Below are positions 51,599 through 64,000 of a stretch of DNA of 64,000 nucleotides, in pieces. The translations under genes were made by a program, and so were the position numbers. The notes below the pieces were generated by a model. The model was given only the letters and a program-made list of their open reading frames with translations, was not told where the DNA came from and searched no databases. This DNA is from Cenococcum geophilum (taxonomy: Eukaryota): assembly GCA_050273025.1 (NCBI GenBank), contig CP158636.1, forward strand, positions 1,426,001-1,490,000, written 5' to 3'. The number at the start of each line of letters is the position of its first letter. Within the stretch, counting starts at the first letter, position 1.

Positions 51599-53428
51599 AC
51601 GGGTTAGCCACCCAGACGAGACAGCTACCTACTTAAGATAGTGCACGGACCAGAAAATCAAGATCAATTTAATATCAAAATCAATAACCCAAATCTATTA
51701 CATAAATACACTATAATCCATTAGTAGTTCCTTCCAAACCTTCTTTATAAAGGTAATAACTCCTCATAATGCAGCCCTCCTTTCCTTTACTGTAGTCTCT
51801 TCCTGCTGCTTTTAAAGCTTTTCCTTGTTCTTTTTTTGAGCCTCAGCTACAGATAGAACTCACGCCTTCCCATATGCAGCTTTTGTCTTACTATAATGCT
51901 GCTTCTTCTGCTTTTTAAGAAGCTCTTAATTCGTTCGCTTAAGGATTGTATTATTAGCTACCGTACTTAAGGTAAACTACTGAATATTATATATAACTTC
52001 AGAATGAAAGGGTGATGCACCTTATAAAAGCTGCCTAAATATAGCCGTAAGTTTCTTCTCTATGGAAGGAGACATGGGTATATTAAATTAATGGCCGTTC
52101 TTGTCCGTAAAGCTTATACAAGGAGTTGTTGGCTAAGTCGTTAGCTAAGCCGTTGGCTAAATCTTTTATAAAATAACTGAAGGATTAAACGGTAGAAGAC
52201 CCGTTGCTCGCTATACACTTACTATATTCGTGGGTGATATAGCTTCGTGTCGTGCAGCTTGGTAATACTCAAGGAACTTAGGCTTAGTAATATTAACAGC
52301 TCCATAAAACGCAAAGTTGTAGAGGTGCTTTTTATAAGCTTTTGCCAAAGGACTAAATATACCAACATCTAGGGGTTAAAGTAGGTGTGTTAAATGAGGT
52401 AGTAGATAGAGGGGGATAATCTTATAAGTCTCGCAATACTTAGCGAACTATATTAACACGTGGCTCTTGTATCTATTAAGAATCAATAGGCGATAGATTC
52501 CTTAGAGTTGTGGCTTTATATATTAATTAAAGTGTTTTAACTAATTAACCGTAATATCCAAATTTGTCCACCCCGAATCGCTTACTTAAATAACTGTCTT
52601 GTAATTAAGTTTGGGTGATATCTAAGATCGTTATACTTGTTTTCCTTAAAATATAAGGTAAAAAGGTAATTAATATTAACCTCCTAATATATACTTAATA
52701 ATAAACACCTAATCGCGATTGCCTAGCTCTATAATAAAGGCTTAAGCCTCCAATTAAGGAACAAGCACCTTAACCTTATCGCCTACCCCCATCGCAATTC
52801 CTTTCTCATCTATATTGTATTAATCGCTTAGGGGAATCGCGTACTTGGCAATGGTAGCTCTATAGAGGCTAAACCATTCCTTAATAATATTTAGATCCTT
52901 AGAATCCTTTTACTTTTAATTAAGGCCTTAGGTAAATTAAGCTTAAAGCTCTAGGTGTCGGGCAAGGAAGTTTTTATACTAGTATTAACTAACCTTTAGA
53001 GGACACTTCTTTACAGTAAGGATACTTTTAGCCATAGATTTAAGGTGTTAAATTTGAGGTGGCCAACCCTAAGCTCCCATTGTATTAATCTATTTAACTA
53101 GAGAGGACTCCTTAATAACCAAGAGCTTTTAAAGCTTTTGGTGATATTTCTTGCTTAATTGGCGGCTGTTACGACGGTGGTAAATAGAAGAAGGCGACAG
53201 GTTGTATATTTTGGCAAGCTCACGGCCAGATAGGTCAGGATTGGCTTCTAATAATTGAAGAACAATTTGTATACGATCTTCCTTGCTAAGCGATAGCGAT
53301 TTAGGGGTAGTAGAGGACATGGTGGTGTTGTAGTAAAAGGAGTATTTTGATGTTTTGATTTTGATTTTGGTAGGAGGTCCGTGCACTATCTTGAGTGGGT
53401 GGCTGTCTCGTCTGGGTGGCTAACCCGT
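51599..53428 (-). mobile_element. Fot1/pogo-like (Tc1/mariner superfamily) DNA transposon, 1830 bp
   Basis: 53-bp TIRs at 51599-51651 and 53376-53428. TA TSD at 51597-51598 and 53429-53430. Confidence 0.97.
51722..53320 (-). pseudogene. pogo/Fot1 DDE transposase, RIP-disrupted
   Basis: MSSTTPK...EDRIQIVLQLL...GRELAKIYNL (HTH), YNIDEKGIAMG (~52800), LLILDxHKSH (~52475) and LPPHSTHLLQPLDVG (~52360-52405). Confidence 0.92.
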
Positions 53429-55814
53429 TAGTGTATATACCCTTACTAATAGACGATAACAGTACCTATATAGTAGCTACTAAGGCCTTCTTCGCATCTA
53501 AATTACCTTATAAACTCCTCTTAGAGTTAGCTCTTAAGAAGTATAAGTAGCTCTATATTGGACCTAATAAGGAAATAAGTAGTTATACAATTTGGAGGTA
53601 CTTAGATAACTTAATTATGGGTAGAGTGATGTGTACAAACGGCCTATACGTAATTTGACTGGCTCTAAAGCCTTAATATATTGCGCACGCCACCGTATAG
53701 TAGCTTAACATCAATATACTACATTAGCGTCTTAGCTATATAGGCAAGGATGTACTATAAAAGGTGGCTAAGATAGGCGACTTTAACCTTATAGGTACGC
53801 TAACTTAATACAAGGCCTGTTACCTAGCAATGGCAAAGCGCTAGGTCTCTTAAACTACACCTACACCACCTTAGCGGCTATTTAAACGTATATATATGCT
53901 AATACCTTCTACCTTACCCTAAAGGGAGTTGGGGGTAATAAGTATATAGCAGTCTTTGTAGAAGCGCATGCTAAATACATATATGCCTTCTTTAAAACTA
54001 AGAAGATGATCGCTATAGAAGGGCTTTAAGAGCTTAATAATCTAGTATATAACCAAACTGGATGATATATTGGCTCGCTTGTAATTAACAGCAGTAGAGA
54101 ATTTAGTATTAAAGAGCTTACTAAATACGCCACATTAATAGGCATAAACGTACTGCGTACGGCTCCCTATACCTCTAAGTAGAATAAAACGCCTAAACGT
54201 ATTAGAGGCATTATATTAGGCATAACTAGATTAATGACGATTAAGGCTAATTTACTAGAATACCTATAGGACAAAGCTTATAAGATAGCGATTTAAATTT
54301 AGAATAGAATACCTTATAGAAAAAAGACTAGATTACTATTTTAAATTAACGCTAAGTACTATAACCAGCCGTTTAAAATGCGCATACTAAATATATTATA
54401 TCTATAATGTTATAATATAACTGCCTATGTCTATATTAAAGGACTAGAGAGCGTATAGTTAAGGAAGCTAGCTCTATAAGCTAAGAAAGGACACCTAGTT
54501 AGTTATAAAGGCAATAACGGTTATATTTATAGTGTTTAGATACCGGCTAAGAATAAGATTATATAATTGCGTAATATAATATTTAATAAAGCTTAAGATC
54601 TACTAATCGCTATGCTAGAGGATAAGCTTACTACGTGGGAGCTAGAGCTAAAACTACTACTAGAACTACAAGGTCCGACCACTACTATAGTTACTATAGT
54701 TACCTACCCTACTGCAAAAGCACTAGAAGAAAAGGAATACTATATAGGTAAACTAGAAGGACCCTATACTTCTAACTTAGTATTAGAAGAACTAGGCCTA
54801 GAAGGGGTAATATTATAGTCGTCTCTATTACTAGAACTAGGTCCGTTAACTTAGTCGAATTAGTTATTAAGTTGGAGCCCCTTAACAGAGTTAGGGGACT
54901 CCTTAGCGTTAGCGCTAGTCTTTAAGAAGGTAACTAATCTGCATAGAGATATGTGATGGTACGCTACTATATTTTAAATGACTAATGCATTTACTACAAA
55001 GGACGTAGCTAAGGCGCTGTAAGCCTTTAAGAAGGCAGCCTAGTAGTTAACTGCTAACTTATTTCTAGCGGGCAGGAAGAGTATAATACCATTAATTGCT
55101 AAAAGTGATAATAAGGACTATAATAATTAAGATGATATTAACTTAGATAATAATAAAGTCTACTAAATTAACTAATAGCTTAAGGGGGGTATAAAGACAG
55201 AAGCTGCTAAAGCAGAGCTTCTTGTTAGAGTGAATACTTATAGCTAAAAGAAGAAGGTCTCTTATATGGTGATTATATTCTCGTTCTATATATAGATGTA
55301 ACCAGCTCCTTAGGAACCTTATCTAAAAGCTCCGCATAAGATTAAAATACCGCGAATATTAAAGAAGGCTCTATAGTTACCAGAAGCTTCTTACTAGCGT
55401 TAAGCACTAATAGTTAAAATGATTTAACACCAAAAAGCTAAGATATATTAATTAGTTAAGAGACTAAAGGGTATATAAGTACTACTATTAAAGTTTATAT
55501 TTAACCTTAAATATAATATATCTAAAGAGGTAATCCGGTATAAGGCATGGTAGGTTATATATAGTAACCACTAGGTAGCAGATATTGACTACAACCGTAT
55601 ATATGCCGCGGTAGTGACCTTAACTGCGTATAGGATCCTACTGGCGTTAATTGCGGTATATAACCTTAAGGCTTACTAGATTAATGTTATTACGGCCTTC
55701 CTAAACAGCTTTATAAGGAAGCACTCAATCTACGTATAATAGCTAAAAGAATTTAAAAATAACGACCGTATATTAGTCTGTCTATTACTAAAGGCAATAT
55801 ATAGCCTTAAATAG

Positions 55815-56082
55815 GCATCAGGAAATTTTTTTTTGGGCACGTTATTGCAAACGAAAATCGGGGTCTGCAAAACCTGCGTAAGTCGCAAATTTGGCAATTT
55901 GCGGCGATTTGCAGCAATTTGCTACAAATACATAGGCTACCTATGCACGCGCCTGCCTTATCTATGTGTTTGTAGCAAATTGCTGCAAATCGCCATAAAT
56001 TACCAAAATTGCGACTTACGCAGGTTTTGCAGACCCCAATTTTCGCTTGCAATAATATGCCTAAAAAAAAATTTCCTAATGC
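55815..56082. repeat. 268-bp imperfect palindrome (121-bp arms, 26-nt loop)
   Basis: GCATCAGGAAATTTTTTTTTGGGCAC... pairs with ...ATGCCTAAAAAAAAATTTCCTAATGC. Arms at 55815-55935 and 55962-56082. Confidence 0.95.
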
Positions 56083-57212
56083 AGAGGCTCTGCATGAGGC
56101 TCTATATAAAGCTCTGCATAAGGCTTTACATAAAGCTCTACACGAAGCTCTGCACGAAGCTCTACACGAAGCTCTACACGAAGCTCTGCACGAAGCTCTA
56201 CACAAAGCTCTACACGAAGCTCTACACGAAGCTCTACACGAAGCTTTGCACGAGGCTTTACACGAGGCTCTACACAAAGCTCTGCGTACAGAGGCTCTGC
56301 ACGAGGCTCTACACGAAGTTCTGCACGAATTCGTGCACGAAGCTCTGCACGAAGCTCTACACGAAGCTCTACACAAAGCTCTACACGAAGCTCTACACGA
56401 AGCTCTACACGAAGCTTTGCACGAGGCTCTGTACGAAGCTCTACACGAAGCTCTACACGAAGCTTTGCACGATGCTCTACACGAAGCTTTGCACGATGCT
56501 CTACACGAAGCTTTGCACGATGCTCTACACAAAGCTCTGCGTACAGAGGCTCTACACGAAGCTCTACACGAAGCTCTATACGAAGCTCTGCACGAAGCTC
56601 TGCACGAAGCTTTACACGAAGCTTTGCACGAGGCTCTACACGAGGCTCTACACAAAGCTCTGGGTACAGAGGCTCTGCACGAGGCTCTACACGAAGCTCT
56701 GTACGAAGCTCTGCACGAAGCTCTACACGATGCTCTACACGATGCTCTACACGAAGCTTTGCACGATGCTCTACACGAAGCTCTGCGTACAGAGGCTCTA
56801 CACAAAGCTCTACACGAAGCTCTGCACGAAGCTTTACACGAAGCTTTACACGAGGCTCTACACGAGGCTCTACACAAAGCTCTAGGTACAGAGGCTCTGC
56901 ACGAGGCTCTACACGAAGCTCTATACGAAGCTCTGCACGAAGCTCTATACAAAGCTTTACACGAAGCTCTACATGAAGCTCTATACGAAGCTCTACACAA
57001 AGCTCTATATACAGAGGCTCTGCACGAAGCTCTACACGAAGCTCTGCATAAAGCTCTATATAAAGCTCTACACGAAGCTCTGTATAAAGCTCTACGAAGC
57101 TCTACATAAAGCTCTACATATAGAGGCTCTGCACGAGGCTCTGCGCGAAGCTCTACACAAGGCTCTGCGCGAAGCTCTGTATACGGAGGCTCTACACGAA
57201 GCTCTACATAAA
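56083..57212. repeat. 12-bp minisatellite (GCTCTACACGAA)n, about 90 units
   Basis: Direct reading. It produces the EALH, LYTK and RASC repeat ORFs in three frames. Confidence 0.98.
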
Positions 57213-57384
57213 GCCTTTATATGTGTGCGCGCGACACACTACTATTGGGTCCCCGCTATATTCCCGATAGCCTCTACACGTGCCTCTGCCAAGTATACCC
57301 CCTATATACACCTAGGTAGCCACCTCATTTTTTACCCTTCCTTATATCCTCCCTACCTAGGAAGACACCAGAACGACAGCCAGC

Positions 57385-57845
57385 AGACGACCGTCACCGG
57401 AGCCAGACGACCGTCGCCAGAGCTAGACGATTGTTAGAGCTAGACGACCGTCGTCAGAGCCAGACGACTGTCGCCAGAGCCAGATGACCGTTGCCAGAGC
57501 TAGACAACCGTCGCCAGAGCCAGATGACTGTTGCTAGAGCTAGACGACCGTTAGAGCCAGACGACCGTCGTTAGAGCTAGACGACCGTCGCCGGAGCTAG
57601 ATAACCGTCGCTAGAGCTAGACGACCGTCGCCGGAGCTAGATGACCGTTGCCAGAGCTAGACGACCGTTGCCGGAGCCAGATGACCGTCGCTAGAGCTGG
57701 ACGACCGTCGTTAGAGCTAGATGACCGTCGCTAGAGCTAGACGACCGTTAGAGCCAGACGACCGTCGCCGGAGCTAGATGACCGTCGCCAGAGCTAGACG
57801 ACCGTTGTTATCGCCATACGACCGTCGCTAGAGCCATACGACAAC
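57385..57845. repeat. 20-bp minisatellite (GAGCTAGACGACCGTCGCCA)n with 17-bp variants
   Basis: Direct reading. Homologous arrays at 37570-37650 and 37905-38050. Confidence 0.95.
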
Positions 57846-57909
57846 CGTTCGAACGACCAGCCAACAAATACGATAAACAATTCGATCGATTGATTGAATT
57901 AAGGTGATA

Positions 57910-58425
57910 TAGACAGGTAGGCACAGATAGGTAGGCATAGATAGGTAGGCATAGACAGATAGATAGGTAGGTAGGTAGGTAGGCAAGCAGGCAGGTAGGC
58001 AGGTAGGCAGGCAGGTAGGTAGATAGGCAGATAATTTAGAGCCTCTACAAAAGGCTTCCCCTTAACGCCTAAAGTAAATAGCTCTATATTTTATATAGTT
58101 ATAATATAAATATATTTAAAAGTATACTACAGAAATCTATGGAAATATGTAATAATTTGGTTATTATATAATATAATTATAATTTATATAGTTACAATTT
58201 ATACAGTTTTTACAATTCGTACAATTCATACAATTTGTACAATTTGTATAGTTTTTACAATTTGTATAATTTGTATAATTTGTACAGTTTGCGCACTATT
58301 TATTTATAGGGTAGCATTTTACCGCAATTTACTATTAGGTGCTGCAAATTTATTATAAAACGCGCAAATTGCTATTAGGGTGCTGCAAACTTGTTATAAA
58401 ACGTGCGTTTTACGCAAATTACTAT
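57910..58425. repeat. (GGTA/GGCA)n microsatellite, TACAATTTG-type repeats and ~43-bp GCAAATT..GGTGCTGCAAA repeats
   Basis: Located at 57910-58030, 58185-58290 and 58320-58425 respectively. Confidence 0.85.
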
Positions 58426-58435
58426 CGACTATATC

Positions 58436-61400
58436 TGTCAGATAATCTGTATTCTCTGGAGGCGTAGACTGTGCACGAGTCACGTGCACGAGTTACGTGC
58501 AGTGTAAACCTCTTCATCTAAGCCTGAGGGCCCTAGGTCCAAAATCAATCAACCTCAAGACAAGATCATTAATTAATTAACCCATTTTATTAATAAATAG
58601 CTTAATACGAGTTACGTAATAGTTATAAGCCCAGTCCGCCGACTTAAGAAGCTATTTAGCTATTACTTATTATTTAAAGAAATTCTACCTTATCCTTACA
58701 GGACGATCCTAACACGAATATCAGTTAAAGGACGACCCTAACACAAATATCGGTTAAAGAACGATCCTAATACAAGCATCCTTATCGTCAAAGGACGATC
58801 CTGACGACAGGACGATCCTAACAACGAAATTCTACCTCATTGTTAGACTCTAACACCTCATCATCAAGACGCAGACTGACAGAAATCCTACCTTAATTGT
58901 CACAGGATAAGATTCCACGAGATTCCATGAAATTCCACAAGATTCCACCTTAATTATTAAAGGACAATCCTAACGACTAGGACGATCCTAACAATAAGGA
59001 CGATCCTAACAACAAAATACTATCTTAATTCCTCCTTTGCCTATCAGTTAAATAACACTACCGTTAAGTTCGTTAACTACAATCATCCTCAATAAGCCAG
59101 AAGACTGGGAATAATGGCTATAGCAGCTCCGAGCCCTTATAGATCAGCAAATTTAGGCCTATATTAACCCAGCCATAGAAGCACCTTAAGAAGGTCTACT
59201 TAAAAAACCACCTCTTCTAAAGGTTACAGATTTCAATGAGAATGCAACCTTATATATATAGCTCTCAACGAATTAACAGAGGGCGTACAAGAACAGTAGA
59301 TAATACTATAACTAAGATATAAAGTACTTCCTAAAACAGGAAGAGTATCTACAATAGATATAAACCTAGATTACGTCCACAGTATCAATTTAGAAGAAGC
59401 TACTACTTGACCCTTCCTTAATAGTTAAAGAATGGCTATCTTAATTAAAGGAGAACACCAAACCTACCTCATTATTCGTTAGGAAGAAGGTATAATATTA
59501 GTACACGGAAGCCCTTAAGGGGTTTAAACAGTTGTCAAAATTAAACCTATAGCTAGATTAATGGGAACATATAATAGTACTAGGAGAGAAGTACAAGATC
59601 CCTTAAATATTAGAAGGAATTTGGCTTCAAGATTTAGCAGACGTTATTTAACCTTTTAGCAACGCCTATTATATAAAGTACACTACCAAGTTAAATGACC
59701 CTCAAAAGTTAAGATCTTCCAAATACCATAGAGTAGTAAAGGAGCTGCAAGAAGGACTTATAAGACCCTTAAAGAAAGCCAATACTACTATAAGGGGGAG
59801 TACCTTTAATACAGACTTTGTAGAGTAAGCTATTAAGGATCACTTTAATACTACTAAAGGTTTATAAAGAGGAGCCTTAGCATATAATAGACGCTTAAAG
59901 AGAGCTAGGACACTAGTAGATAAGAAGACATCTTATAAGAAGCTAATGCCTAAGTGCTTAGCGTGCGGAATACGAGGACACTCCCTTAAGGACTGTTGGT
60001 GTTTATTTAAAGATAAAAAACCTATAGGAGTCACAATAAGAGATACTCGCATTAAAAAGGTATTAAAGAAGGTAGAAAAGAATAAGGACCTCACTAACTA
60101 AGTTACAAAGATCAGACTTAAAGAACAAGAAGACAAGGCTTAATAATAATAGGACGAGAGCCAGGAAGTTAAGATTAAGGGAAAAGCTAATACAATATTT
60201 TTAGAATCGTATTACACCGGTTAACTCCATCTATTAAAGCTATTAACTATTCTTAACTCAGGAACCACTCTCTATATCTTTAATAACCTCTTTTATTTTT
60301 ATAATTTTAAGAAAGCTCTAAGATACAAATATGTTATCGCCGGCAGCTTATAAGTGCCTATACTAGGCTACGGCGATGTCACTATCTAAGTTATAAAACC
60401 AAACAAGAGCAAAGGAATCCTACGTCTTAAGGACGTTGCCTTTTATACGGACTTTAATATAAATCTAGTGTCGTTCCATCTACTTTAAAAATAAGAATAC
60501 TACTAGGACAATAAAGAAGACAACAATCTTCTTATTTAAAAGGATAATATAATCCTATATTAAATAGAAGAACGTTATAGACAATAGACTATCAAATACG
60601 TTTAATTAGGAAACTTAAAATCCGCATTTAATATCAGCCGTCTAACACACTATCAACGGAAGCGGATATCGTTAAGAGACGCACGTCCAGACTTAAAAGG
60701 AGATACATATCTATAGCATCTGCGTCTAGGTCATCTAGGACCTATAAGCCTTTATTATCTAGGTCTTAACGCCCTAGGAGTTAAGCTTTAAGGCCTAAAG
60801 ACAACGGAATATCAACACTGCAGTCTCGCTAAAATTAAGCGTTAGGTCTTACAAAGGTTCTTAAAACAGAAAATTAATAAACCCTATCTTAACCTCTATA
60901 TTAACTAGACTAACCTTAAGGAAGCACATACTGGATTTATACGAGTTATATTCATCCACAATACCTTCTTAGGAAGAACCTTTTTATATTTTATAATAAC
61001 ACATAGCAAGAAAAAGGAGACACTATAAGTGCTCAAAGATTTCACACAATGGATTCGTCTGAGGTATAACCTTAAAGTTAATACTATTAGATTAGACAAC
61101 GAGCTAGAGAGAAGGAGAACCCTTAAATGGCTACGGACGTAAGGGATTATATTTAAGCCTTCGGCGCTATATATATAAGCACAGAATAGTACCACTAAAT
61201 GCTTAGGGGGTGTTATTATTAAGAAAGGACGTGCTATAAGAATTACTGCTAATCTACTATATGATCTATAGAACGAGATAGTTAACTATATAGTATACCT
61301 TTAAGATTGAACGCCACGAGAAAGCAATGGATGGAAATCGCTATATAAGAGGTTTTATACCTACCTAGCGAATAGAAGATTAAGAAAACCGCAACTGGCG

Positions 61401-64000
61401 CACCTAAAAGCCTACGGCTGTAGAGCGTACGCAATGACGTTAAACGCCTAGCTAAAGAAGAAAAGGCTAAGCAAGCTAGATCCGCGAGCTCATATCGGCT
61501 ACCTTATTAGCTATAACTCTACCAATATCTATAGGATCTAGATCCCATATAAGGGTATCATTATCTCTATAAGGGATATCATCTTTAACGAAAAGATATT
61601 CTTTAATGGTAAGCAAATAGACATCTCAGAGGACCTATACGCCGAATTAGATACACTAATTAAAAAGATTCAACTACCTGATACTTAGACTAAGAACAAG
61701 GTCCTTTTAGAAGATAATAAAAAAGTACTTAAACTATTAATTTAAGAGAAAGATGATGACGTTAATAAGCCAGTTTAAGCCTTTAATAAGTTAGCAGATC
61801 TTAAGCTTATAAGAGCCCTTAAAGATACATACTATACACCACCTCCAATAAAAGAAGACGAAGAATCTCCATATGCCTTTTACGTTGAGTATCCTATAAA
61901 GTTAGATGTATAAGGTACTAATTAAAACGTCGCTCATTAAGCAGGAGATACGTTTAACACTTAGGGGGTACCTAACAACTTAGTTAAAAACTCGTTTAAG
62001 GAAGCCAGCGATAATAGGTTTAAAGACTTTATTACCAAAAGGATCACGTTAGCCTATTACGGCGCCTTCTTAGTAGGAAGGAAGTTCAACCTTAATAGTT
62101 AACTCAACAATAGTAAGCTAAAATTAGGTAAAATACGCGATATTAGATTACATAGGAAAAACCTACCTCCGCCACCCTAGTTAATTTAGGACCTTAATAC
62201 GCATCCTCTTTAAGATTAGTTCCAAGAGGCTTAACAAGCCTATCTCCAATCTTATCATCAAATGAGGTCGTTTTAAAAAACAAATAAGAAGTACGTAAAG
62301 GGATAGTAGGTCCTCAGCTTAATATAGGTATTCGTCTACAAGACAGACAAGCACGGATTTCTCCAGAAATATAAGGTATGCTTAGTAGTCTGCGGAAATT
62401 AATAAGCCCCAGGAGACCTACCTACGAGAGCTACTATATTAGCTAGTACAACCTTCCAAACCCTTATAGCGATCACTGTAAAATTCAACCTAGAGACGAC
62501 ACAGATAGATACAGTTAATGCGTTTATCCATTACAATTTTAACAAGGTCGTCTATATAAAGCTACCGCTAGGGTTTAATAAAGGAAAGACAGACAAAGTA
62601 CTACGCTTAAGAAAAGCCCTATACGGACTATAACGATCACCACTACTATAGCAGAAGAATCTCACGAGCTTATTAAACGAATTAGGTTTCAAAGAAGTAC
62701 CCTAGGAGCCGTATATCATACTAAAAGGTAGAATAGTCGTCTTCTTCTACATTAACGATATTGTCTTCTGCTACCGAAAGACAGATAAGAAGAAAGCTTA
62801 AGAAGCAATCAAGGAGCTAAGCAAGGAATACCAGATAAGTACCTTTAGCGAGCTAAAATGGTTCCTAGGAATTTACGTGCTACACAATCATAGCTAGAGG
62901 CTCCTATAGCTATCCCAGAAAGCCTATATAGAGAAGATAGCTAATTAGTATAAGATAGATCTCAGAGGGCGTCTTCTAGATACTCCTATGGCAGAATCGG
63001 AACTCCTCTCTACCAATCACCATATAATCCGTCTAACGCCTCCGTCCCCCAATACAGACCTATTAGTCCGTCCTATATCCCTATTAGCCTCTATAATACT
63101 ATATTAGAGAAAATTGGGTTTAGTACTCTATATAGCCACTATAACGCGTCCGGATATTACCTTCGCAGTATTACGGCTAGTAAGATTTAATTAGAACCTA
63201 AGCTAAGAGTATTATTAAGCGGCAGAAAGAGTTATCTAGTACCTGTATAGCACAAGAAGTAGAGTAATCTACTATAGAGGAGATAAGGAAGGAACGAACG
63301 GTAGAGGGAGAGATAAAGGAATACGCGATAAAGGACAAAACAACGGAAGAGACGGTACGCAATCATTTATCTGTACTAGCGACGCATTATTTACAGACAA
63401 CTCTATTAATAGAAAGAGCTCGTAAGGATATATTATAAAGCTATTTAGGGGGCCAATCGCCTAGAGAGCAAATAAGCAGGGTATAGTTACAACGTCAAGC
63501 ACAGAAGCCGAGTTATTAGCCCTATCACAGACAGCAAAGGAAGCTATCTTTATTAGTAGGCTATTTAAAGCAATAACGCTACGCCTGAACGAGCCCTTGA
63601 TTATTAAATGCAATAACACCTAGATACTCTAACTAATTACAGAAGATACGGTAAAGCTAATTACGAAGCTCCGACACGTTAACATCCATTAATACTAGCT
63701 ACATTAGGAATACGCAATAAGACAAGTATAATTTTAATAGACAGCGACGAAGGAGATGATCGCTAATAGACTTATAAAGGCCCTGCCTAAGTAGAGGTTT
63801 TAAAGCTTTATTAATATAATCGGAATAGTAGATATTAAGAAGCAGCTAAATAAGGAGAAGCAACTAAACAACCTTAGGGACAGTATCAGAGCAAGACGGA
63901 AGGATTTAAATAAGATTACGGTTTAATTAACGCATTAACAAGCACAAGAAGGGTCACTAAGGCGCTAGCCATAAGCAAGCCAATAGCAATTTTCCATGCC
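58436..64000 (+). mobile_element. Ty1/Copia retrotransposon (family D), running off the window; lighter RIP
   Basis: Candidate LTR start TGTCAG at 58436 (end ~58600) and GTTATAAGCCC at 58622. Motifs CLACGIRGHSLKDC (~59955), ILDSGTTLH (~60249), LWHLRLGH (~60711), IRSDNE (~61087), KALYGL (~62613), FFYVDDIV (~62742), ASDASFADN (~63375) and STEAELLALS (~63498). Confidence 0.95.

Larger units (their letters stand above)
50132..55817 (+). mobile_element. 3'-truncated Ty1/Copia retrotransposon (family C), interrupted by a pogo element
   Basis: 5' LTR TGTTGG...CTAACA at 50132-50296, followed by GGTTATAAGCCC. De-RIPed CTHCGKKYHGGKDRC (~51214), WFLDS (~51465), LHQRLGH (~53720), IDxGxEF (~54084) and RT IDVVTAFLN (~55680). 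Ends at LLKAIYGLKQA (55817). Confidence 0.9.

Noticed and set aside
55807..57437. Long ORFs (397, 350, 366 and 154 aa; RASC, LYTK and EALH repeats)
   Set aside because: Overlapping frames on both strands are open only because the 12-bp unit lacks stops. Their starts lie in a palindrome or the repeats, and there is no recognisable domain.
57385..57845. CRISPR-like array
   Set aside because: Units are contiguous with no unique spacers, there are no cas genes, and the context is eukaryotic.
54612..61195. ORFs 54612-54818 and 60905-61195 as independent genes
   Set aside because: The first lies in the Copia C integrase-RT linker and the second is antisense to the Copia D integrase.
1..64000. Starship or other giant element; species or named-family assignment
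   Set aside because: No DUF3435 captain, cargo genes or boundaries are visible. Element names and host species cannot be assigned without a database search.

Overview
This is an AT-rich, gene-free block of nested transposon relics from a filamentous ascomycete genome. Repeat-induced point mutation (RIP) is evident: TpA excess, CAA/CAG/TGG changed to TAA/TAG stops, and paired LTRs differing almost only by C/T and G/A. I found no intact host gene, RNA gene or CRISPR array, and the long ORFs in the track are products of a 12-bp minisatellite. The window holds four copies of one chromodomain-bearing Ty3/Gypsy family (two full length with 5-bp TSDs), a split hAT transposase, and a Helitron-like Rep/PIF1 element. 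It also holds two full-length GalEa-type Copia elements, two other Copia elements, a Fot1/pogo transposon, two solo LTRs, a 426-bp fold-back MITE, a probable tyrosine-recombinase retroelement remnant, and two related palindrome/minisatellite composite blocks. The main observation is an antisense, apparently intron-containing extra gene between pol and the 3' LTR of the Gypsy family. It would encode a Zn(II)2Cys6-like Cys cluster followed by a coiled coil, and two copies differ by an in-frame 7-codon indel. Protein readings were made by eye with RIP changes reverted; no database search was run.
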